DNA of 64,000 nt from Narcine bancroftii (Eukaryota), in contig NC_091470.1 of assembly GCF_036971445.1 (NCBI RefSeq), forward strand, positions 51,770,001 through 51,834,000. The letters are read 5' to 3'. Numbering within the stretch: the stretch's first letter is position 1; each line of letters begins with the position of its first letter. This document shows positions 53,732 to 64,000 of this stretch, in pieces. The notes under the pieces are model-generated. The model did not search any database, was not told the origin of the DNA, and saw only the letters and a program-made list of their open reading frames with translations. The position numbers and the translations under genes were made by a program.

Positions 53732-56649
53732 TCAATGTGATCATTGCACACTTCCTTCTCAAGTGCATTCAGGATTAATTTTACCCACAATTATACTTCC
53801 TCTTTATTTGTATAATCTCCAGGTTAAACGAGGGACAAGTTTACATTTAGAAGTATACAAAGCAAAGTTCTAATTGCAATTCCAAGCTTGGTCAATTGGA
53901 AGTAACTAAGACAAGAGTGAAGGATTATAAAACAGGAACTCAGAAATGAGTTTAATCGTAAATTCTAGTTCGGTGCAGTGGATTGGAATTATATCCAAAG
54001 TAAATGCTTTTAAATAACATAAATCAATATTAAACCATGTCCAGTATTCTGTTAGAATTGAGGACAACACAACTAAGCTGTTTTGTTTCAGGTTCTTCTT
54101 TTGCACGTGAAAACATTTTGGGTATTGAGTTATTTCTTGGGATTTTTGTTTGTAAACAAAATAAGTTAAAAAAAAACTTCAACAAAGAAGACACTCACTG
54201 AGAAATGAGTTCCTGAACAATAATGAAATGGTGGAATTCTCAGCTGATGAACAGGCAGACAATTGTCCCACTTAAGTTTATTGTGCAGGATGACCCTATT
54301 TCCCTCAAAGTATGATAAGAGATGTCACCTTCAAGATCTTGTTTGAACAGAGTACCTGAAATTTCTTTTTCCATTGATGAAATAGTATGGAAATGAGAGA
54401 AAGAAACAAAACAAAGAAAATGAATCAATAATTGAATTCTAAAATGTTAAAAAGTGAACCTTAATTTCTTTTGAACACTCTAGTTGGCCAGAGGGGTGGT
54501 AATGGATACTGATATAATAGGGACATTTAAAAGATTCTTAGCTCAGCACATGCATGTAAGAAAAACAGTGTTATGAATATGAGTAGTGAAGGATTAGATT
54601 GTTGACGAGTATGTTTATATAGGTTGACACAACAACACGGACTATGTGTACTATGCTCTAATGTTCTATGTAAATAACTTGATTGTTTCATGAAATGACT
54701 GGATACCACAAACTTAATTTTAGAATGATGAGATAGAATGAAGTACAATGAACAAATGTGGTTCACCTGTAATGCACTCTCAATTTTATATCAGCCAGGT
54801 TTACTATTACGATAAGCTTGATGACATTATTGTGAATAGTTACATAATGATGCAGGTATATAATCAACGTAATATTGAATTAGATACCCAAAAAAGTAAA
54901 GACAAAAAAACCCCACTCATTCATGGATGAAGACAACCTGGCTACAGCCAGTAATTTTAGGCCAAACCTCAGTAAGGTGAGGGTGAGCAGGCGAATGGAA
55001 ATCTTGCATTCTGTGTGTAAAAGTTCCTTAATAGTGGTAAGTTAAGAGTTGTAGGATTTTGAACCACAGACACTAAAAAAAAAGGTATTAAGTTTGCAAG
55101 CAACACTTGCAAGTGAAGTATTCCATCCTCGTGCTTGCCCTTGGTCTTCTTAAAAGGAGAATTGCTGGTTTATGAGGTGTTATTCAAGAAAGCTTAGCAA
55201 GGGTCTCTCATGTATCTTGTAGATATACAAAAGGAATCCAGACCACATCAGTTCTGCATGTTAAACTTTTTAACTTTTGATAGATAACCACTTAGGCAAA
55301 CAAGTGGCGATTACTATCATACTCCAGTCTTCTGGATGGAAGAAAGGCTTGCAGCCACAGTGTTTAGTTGACCCAGGATGTTGAAGACGACTGTCACAAC
55401 AATTGTGACATTGAATGTCAATAGGTGAACAATCATTGCCTGGATCCGTGTGGCATGAAGATTAGATACCACTTACCAGCCAAATGTGTAGGATTTTCCT
55501 ATATATTTGGGAAAGGCAGGAAATGGGAGAATTTGTGGAAAATCCCCCTGATGTATTGGCCAACCATATATCAAAATTATGTCTGGGTTTTATTGCTTGA
55601 GATCTGAGGAATGTGAGTGGAAATGAACATTGCTCAGTAAACATGGCTACTTCTAGGAAAGGCCATTAATGAAGCAATTGAAGACGGCTGAACCGGCTCT
55701 CTTACTTTTGATGTTGTGCAAGAGGATGGACCTAACATTCAACATCCACAAGATCAGAGAAACAAATAAGACTGGAGATACTGGAATCTGGAGCAAAAGT
55801 GTTTCAGGTTGAGATCCTGCATCAGGACCAGATGCAGGGTCTTGAGTCAAAATGTCAACCATCCCTTTGCCTCCATAGATGCAGCCTAGCCAACTGAGTT
55901 CCTCCAGCTGCTGATCTACCAACCTGTAGATCAACCAATTTGATCTACCAACCTGTCCCTGCTATAATGTGTTGTTCTTTGGCAAAAAGATTTCATTGTG
56001 AGACTCCTTCCCATTTGCCAGGAGCCACCTCTCAGCTAACTTGGACATAGTGATAAAATTCATTTCAGCATTTGGTCAATTGAGGAAAAAGACATTTGTA
56101 GATCAAAACCTCAGAACTGGCAGAAAGGTTAAGGTCTACAGAAAATAAAGATCTCTACTGTCTCCTATTTGCTTCTGGGACCTGGACCATCGAATCAGAT
56201 TTTCATGATTTCTGATTTATTGTCAGATTTCAGTCATCACAATGAAAAATAATACACATGCTGTCTTCTCAAAATCCTTTGAATTCATTGGAAAAACAAT
56301 TCTCATTTCCCATCACAGTAGCCTCAATTATCAATGTTATTTGCATTTTCCATGCGAGAATCCTGAAGCAGACATTCCACTGAGAGCTCTATTCTGAAAA
56401 AACATTGTGAGGTGAATGGAGAAAAAAAATTAAGAAGGATGTGCTCAGAGTCTCCTTCCCTCTCTTACACTCTCTCCTGGGAATTTCTGTCCCATGGCTG
56501 CAGAAAGTGGAGAAGGAGCTTTGGCAATACTTTTGAGAACATTAATCCATGCACCAGAAGCAAACAGAGGTCCTGGGTGAATGGCAGAATGAGCAGGGCA
56601 TCTCCCACAGCAGCCTCATTGGTCATCTCAGAACCCCCACACTCAAGCA

Positions 56650-58548
56650 GAAGAATCAGTACCGAGATACAGTGAAAATCTTTGTTTCATGTGCTATCAA
56701 GATGTCACCCCATATTTATATATAGGAGGGAGAGCAATAATAAAACAAACATGCAGGGTGTCATATTATGGTAAGCCACAATAATCCAGGGGCATAGTGT
56801 TGCAAATTCAATGCAGGGTAAAGAGAAAAGTGCAGTTACAACAATGTAAGGACATTATCTTTTACCAATAAGAAGTCCATTCAAGAGTTGTACAGTTCCA
56901 CAGCCCAGAAAGAGGCCCTTTGGCCCAACTTGTCCATCTTAACCAAGCTTGTCCCATTTGCCTGTGTTCAGTCAAGAGTTTGATAACAGCAGGAAAGGAA
57001 CTATCCTTGAATTGGGAGGCTTCTATATTAAAGTTCATGTACCTTCTGCCTGGTGAGGGAATGGAAAGTGTGTGACTGAGATGAAATGAGTCCATTAATA
57101 CATTGGCCCTTTTCCTCAGACAGTAGGAAGTATAGACAGAATCAATATGTGTGTGAAGGGGTTGGGTGGGGGAAGGTTTTAGGCAATGGCCTGAACTGAA
57201 TTTTCTTGTGGTCTTGGGCTGAAGAGTTCCTACAACAAGCTCTGATGCATGGTCAGTCCTCATGGACTGCTGACAAAGGCCAGAAATATGTGATATTTGA
57301 GTTGGAAGGGAACTTGAAGCAGATGTGAACTGATTATAAATTCCAGAATTTATCAGAATCAGAATTTATTGTCATGAGCATGTGTTTGTTGTTTTGCTGC
57401 AGTGTTACAGATGTAAAATCATTATACATTACATTGTTTTAAAATTAAATACATTAGTGAAAAAGAAGAGAAAAAATGGGTAGTGTCTGAGGTTTATTGT
57501 CCATTGAGAAATCTGATAACAGAGGGGAGAAAACTGTTGCTGTACTATTGGGTGTTCATCTTCAGGCTCCTGTATCTCCTTCCTGATGGTAGCCATGAGA
57601 AGAGGGCATGGCTTGGATGGTGAAGGTTCTTAAGGACAGAGTGTGCTTTCCTGAGACACTGCCTCTTGTAGATGTCCTTAATGGAGTAAAGACTAATACC
57701 CATAATGGCACTAACCGAGTATACATCACTCTGTAGTCTTTCCCTGGGAGAAAATTAAAAATACCCAGACTCAAAGGGACCTGGGAGTCCTCATGCAGGA
57801 TAGCCTGATGGTAAATGTTGAGGACGTGGTGAAGAAGACAAATGCAATGCTGCCATTCATTTTAAGAGGAAAAGATCAAAAGGACAGGGATGTGATGTTT
57901 GGGCACGAGAGACCTCACAGTATTGTGAGTAGTTTGGGGTTCCTCATTTAAGAAAAGATGTGCTGACATTGGAGAGGATTCAGACGAGTTTCACAAAGAT
58001 TAATTCGGGCATGAAATGATTATAATTTAAAAATAAACAATACTGTAACAGAAGTAAAATATTTATATTTAAGCATTTGACGTATTTTGGCCTGTACTTC
58101 TTGGAATTTAGGAGAATGAAGAAGGATCTCACTGAAACATTTTAAATGTTGAAAGGCATGGACAGAGTCGATGCAGATATGTTGTTTCCCATGGTGGGAA
58201 AGTCTACAACAAGAGGGCACAACTTCAGTACTGAAGGGCATTCACTTAGAAAAGAGATGTGAAAGATTTTCTTTAGCCAGAGGGTGAAAAGTCTGGGGAA
58301 TTTATTGTCTGTTATGGGGGCCATCATTGGGTGTATTTAAGGAAGTGATTGATAGGTTCTTAATTAGCCAGGGCATCAAAGGTTTTAGGCAATGGCCTGA
58401 ACTGAATTTTCTTGTGGTCTTGGGCTGAAGAGTTCCTACAACAAGCTCGGTGGGGCCGAGGGAAAATGGACCAGCTCATGATTAAATGGTGGGGCAGATG
58501 CGATGGCCTGAATAATCTATTTCTGCTCCTATGACTTATGGTCTTATA
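56650..58548. mobile_element. Rex1/L2-type fragments (-) followed by a CR1 3' fragment (+, about 57770-58548)
   Basis: ORF 56862..57263 (IDSVYTSYCLRK..FKDSSFPAVIKLL); CR1 3' end TTCTGCTCCTATGACTTATGGTCTTA. Confidence 0.7.
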
Positions 58549-58685
58549 GAAGCCACAAGGGCACATGAGCGAATGAATAAAAGACGAACAAATCCTGCAG
58601 ATGCTGTAAATCTAAAAGAAATCCGTGAGCACGGGTCGAATGAGGAGGTGTAACTGCAGAGAACGAAGACTCCGTTCTCAGTGAA

Positions 58686-58706
58686 AGACCTGTCCTCGGA
58701 ACTGAA
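58686..58706 (-). promoter_or_regulatory. Candidate RE1/NRSE (REST site) upstream of GJD2
   Basis: TTCAGTTCCGAGGACAGGTCT versus consensus TTCAGCACCnnGGACAGCGCC, with the canonical 2-nt spacer. Confidence 0.5.
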
Positions 58707-58748
58707 TTGAACGTTGATTTTTTTAAAAAAGCTTCAGAGCACGGAGGG

Positions 58749-58790
58749 AACTTTAAATACAGCGTCCAGAACTTTAAATACAGCGTCCAG
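58749..58790 (+). promoter_or_regulatory. Perfect 21-bp tandem duplication containing TATA-like TTTAAATA (candidate GJD2 core promoter)
   Basis: AACTTTAAATACAGCGTCCAG x2; the promoter role is inference. Confidence 0.5.
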
Positions 58791-59134
58791 TCTTTCCACT
58801 CATTTTGCAGTCCTCTCGGTTGAATGTTAACTTCAACCCGTTCCGATTAGTGTCGTCTCCCCAAACGGACACTTGGTTCAGGGACCGCTTCTTCCTGACC
58901 TGCTCACGGTCTCCAGATTTTGGTGACAATTCTTACTTCGATCATTCGGTTACACTGCACGCCAGGTATTTCGGGAATATAAGATTACCATGCAAATGTT
59001 ACTGCAAATTAATCTGTCCTGGGATATTTCAAAATAATGAAATCGAGAAAATCCTTCTTCATTTAGCTGATGTCTACAAAAAAAAAACCCCTGCTGTACG
59101 TGACGCAGGAGGAAAGTATTTAAAGGAAGATTAA

Positions 59135-60737
<1,603 letters not shown>

Positions 60738-63199
60738 AAGGCAAACTCGCCCTTGCTATTTCTTCGTCCGTTCGGCTTGCAGGCGAAATGGTTTGAGTGT
60801 CCCAACAAGCGTTGCCAACGATGGCTCTGCGGCCACTGCTCTCTCACCGTGTCAATTTCGGGGAAGCTGTCTGGTGGAATCTAAAACCTGCCGAACACCA
60901 GACTGAGCACCGTGCAATGCGCCTTGCCGAATAATAAATGGGCTGTCATCTCGCCAATTTTGTAGTGCATTTTAAAATGCTCACATCGCTCCTTTCCAAC
61001 TGCAGTGTCGATGAACTGAGGGCAAACCGCGCCGTATCTTGGACTGGAATGAAATTGCTTCTTTCATATTTGTACGTGAAGACGCCACAACTCACTGCGA
61101 GTTATATCCCGCGCTCACATTATTTCCACGGTGGCTTGTGTAAAATTATTGACATTTTATACCATTAGTGGTATAATTCAACCGTCGGCTGGATCAGAAA
61201 GCTGCGACTGTCACCGATTTTAACAAACGTGCAATGTTTGATTTTCCAATGGAGCAGACAAGTTCTGCTTGAAGCTGTGCGTTTTAGCACTGGCGAGTGA
61301 ATTCTGGATAGAGTAGATCCGTACATTTTCTTACTCTAGGCGACGTCTAATAACGAATAGTCGCATATTCATGGTCACGAATCCATTCCGAAAACTAAAT
61401 CGCTCGGAGCGTCCCAGTGTCTGCAGAATTTAGAAATTCTTGTCCTATGTTTGCTTATCTGTCCCCACCATTAACCTTAACTTGTGTACACTTTCGTTTC
61501 TACGAGATATCATGGCCTGCATTACACGCTTTCATCAAACAGTGGCCATGTAACTTTTAGTTCAAGTGTTCTGATTAACTGTGTAACTGGAAGGATCGAA
61601 GTATCTGAAACGTCGACAGTGGGATAAGTTTCGAAGAAGGGCATTGATTCAAGGTGCCCGAGCCATGGTTTATTTCTTTATCAGGTCGGCAAGTCTGCGG
61701 GCGGGGTCCAGATATTTATTGCGCTGGGGGGGAAAAAAAGGTTATCTCAATTAGTTCCATCATCATAGCACATATAGGACATTCCGTTCCACTGATCGCT
61801 TCTGGTGATTTAGCGTCCTCCCACCCCCAACCCTCACATTGCTTGGTCTTATCTCGGTGCTCTTCATGGTCCTTGCTGACCACAAAAGTGATCTCGTCGT
61901 TTTTACAATGAAATACGATTGAAACATCAGGAGGTCATCAAAACGCCGAAATATATAGTTTTTGAAACTCAGAAATGTCATCCTGATACCGTTGATTTTT
62001 TTCCCGAGTGCCATATGTGAGATGCTACAAATACCTCAAATGGGATAAAATTAAGTTAAACAATATTGAATTGGGTGTGCGTTCCCTGATGTCGACCTGC
62101 TATCATTTATTTGCAGCACCTGTACAAATTGTCATACAAAATAAACCTTTGTAAATAGAGCTCGTTTATTTAGGTTCTGTTAAACAGAGAGATTGAAATA
62201 AACCGTGGACCAACCAGCTAGCCTGGAAACAGCATTCGGGTTTTGGAAACAAAGGACACCACGGAGAGAGAAAAAGTAGATGATGTCATTTGAAAAGCAA
62301 ATTGTTTGCTGTCGCAACTACCAAGATTAAAAGAAAATTAGATGTCAAGGAAACATTTGCTGCATTATATGATGGGGAACGATTGTGAGAGGGAGAAGAC
62401 CTCAGCTACAAATTTGCAAGATCCACCTACGCCTGTTAAATAAACATCTGTGCACAGCAATATTGAGGGTTGTTAAAACCGATTACCATTTTACTCAGTG
62501 CAAATGAGGTTTACATTTTGTTGACACAAATATTTTGTATGTTTCTATACAATCAAATACATTTTTTATGAAGAACAAAATAAACATCAAAGAATGGAGT
62601 GGCAAAGTATTTATTTTGCTTCCGCCCAGGGTAGCAATCAAAGTGCTGGATAAAGTTTGACCTTTTCTACCTTCACTGTGGCATTTGTAACCTTCCTCTC
62701 GACTCGTTGGCTTCCTTTCTTCGGGTCATTTTAAGGTGCAAATCTGAGCCCAACAAACCCTCTTTGTCACTCTTGGACGGCTCTGGCTGGACTGCCAATT
62801 GTAAGCACTCTGCCCACCCAAAAGGTTGCCACACCTGCCTTTTTGTTTTGTGCTCTCCAATGTTTGGTCGTTGCCATGGTCTCCACACTTTGCTATTCTT
62901 AGTGACTTAAGACCCCGTTTGGTTTCTAAATCTTCCCAGTTCCGATGCAAAGTCACCAACCGAATTCTGTTTGCCGTCTCATCTGATTTTAAATGCTGGA
63001 ATGGGCTGGCTTGAGTGGCAGGGTAGGAGCTTGTGGATGTGGGGAATGGAGTCTTTCTGCTCACTCCACTTTCTTTCTCTGGCAACTTTTAACAGCCGCA
63101 CGGGGTGGAGCCTCGGTCACCACAGTCAGAACTGTGCCGGATGGCGTGGAATGATCTCGGGGTTGGTTCAACTTTCAGAGCTCTAGGCTTCCATGTTTA

Positions 63200-63600
63200 A
63201 AAGTTAGCAATGAGAACCTCAGCGCCCAGACATTAGCGTGCCTCTTCATGCCGCAGGCTGTGACTGGTGTTGGACAAGCTGGCACTGTCGTATGGAGTGT
63301 TTGCATCGGTACGCGCCGGCGCAGGTCCCAAGCCCGCCCGACGTGCGCCCTGCAGGTGACGGCAGACGCACCGAACGTCGGTGCTCCACGCCTCCCCTAG
63401 CAACGCGTCTCTCGGTCGCCGGGCCACGGCTCGCGTGGTCTCCCCCCAGGTTCGCCCGGTGCGCTGACGTCACGTGGCGTGAGTTCCTCTGCCAGAACGT
63501 CGCGACCGAGAGAGGTGGAGCAGCCGCAGCTTTCCGGTGAGATACTTTGCCTCGTCGACCAAGGAAGAAGTTTTCCTGTCCCCATTACGTGACCCTGCAA
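63200..63600. promoter_or_regulatory. CpG island promoter of the next gene (probable non-coding exon 1 on + ending at 63536)
   Basis: Dense CpG; overlapping CRE/E-box TGACGTCACGTG at about 63465-63476; CCTAGCAAC RFX half-site at about 63396; donor CCG|GTGAGA at 63537. Confidence 0.65.
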
Positions 63601-64000
63601 ACATTAACTGCCCCTGGAAAGTTTTGCCCAAGGGCGTCCAGTTGGCCCCCTTGTAGGATTTGCTCGCCTTAATTCGTTATTGCTCTTATTGGAGAATTGA
63701 TAGGACGCATTAGGTTCGAAAAGGTTCAATGTCCGTCGTGTTTAAGGACAAATACGGGGGTAAAATTTTAAATGCGTTATTCTGTTTGTCGCCTAAAATA
63801 TTGGGCTTGGAAGGAATAACCTCCAGGTGTTGTCGGTCTCCGCCTATTGCAGAATGTAACCGTCGTTGTGCCGTTTTGTTCAGCGTGGACTCGTCCTCTG
63901 CCTTGAATTGTGGCTCCACAATTATTGAAAGTTAAGCCATTTGCCTCCATTGAGTCTTCACTGTTCAATGATCTTTGCTCATGTACTTCCACCATTCTTT

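Noticed and set aside
62250-62272. Second RE1-like motif CACCACGGAGAG
   Set aside because: Lacks the TTCAG left half; poor match.

Overview
Eukaryotic (vertebrate) genomic DNA, most likely a cartilaginous fish (ray/skate), judged from a skate-Cx35-like connexin, a V-SINE and the CR1/Rex1/L1/RTE/Penelope repeat content. More than half of the window is transposon-derived, with several nested insertions whose target-site duplications (TSDs) can be read directly. Four protein-coding genes can be built from the sequence. (1) A 72-aa hydrophobic, Cys-containing microprotein gene on + (19108-19326). (2) Tail-to-tail with it, a four-exon TMEM17-like ciliary transition-zone gene on - (19748-23325), which the ORF track does not show as a unit and whose intron 1 is a 1.9-kb pure C/T tract. 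(3) Cardiac alpha-actin (ACTC1-type, 36082-39969) with four CArG boxes and a TATA box. (4) GJD2/connexin35-36 (59381-60737) with a candidate REST/RE1 silencer and a duplicated TATA-like core. A CpG island at about 63.2-63.6 kb probably starts the next gene. The best candidate for something undescribed is the microprotein + TMEM17-like pair. A 5'-inverted (twin-primed) RTE insertion and a 70-bp templated insertion are the most unusual mutational signatures. No database searches were run; family assignments come from recognised motifs and recollection.
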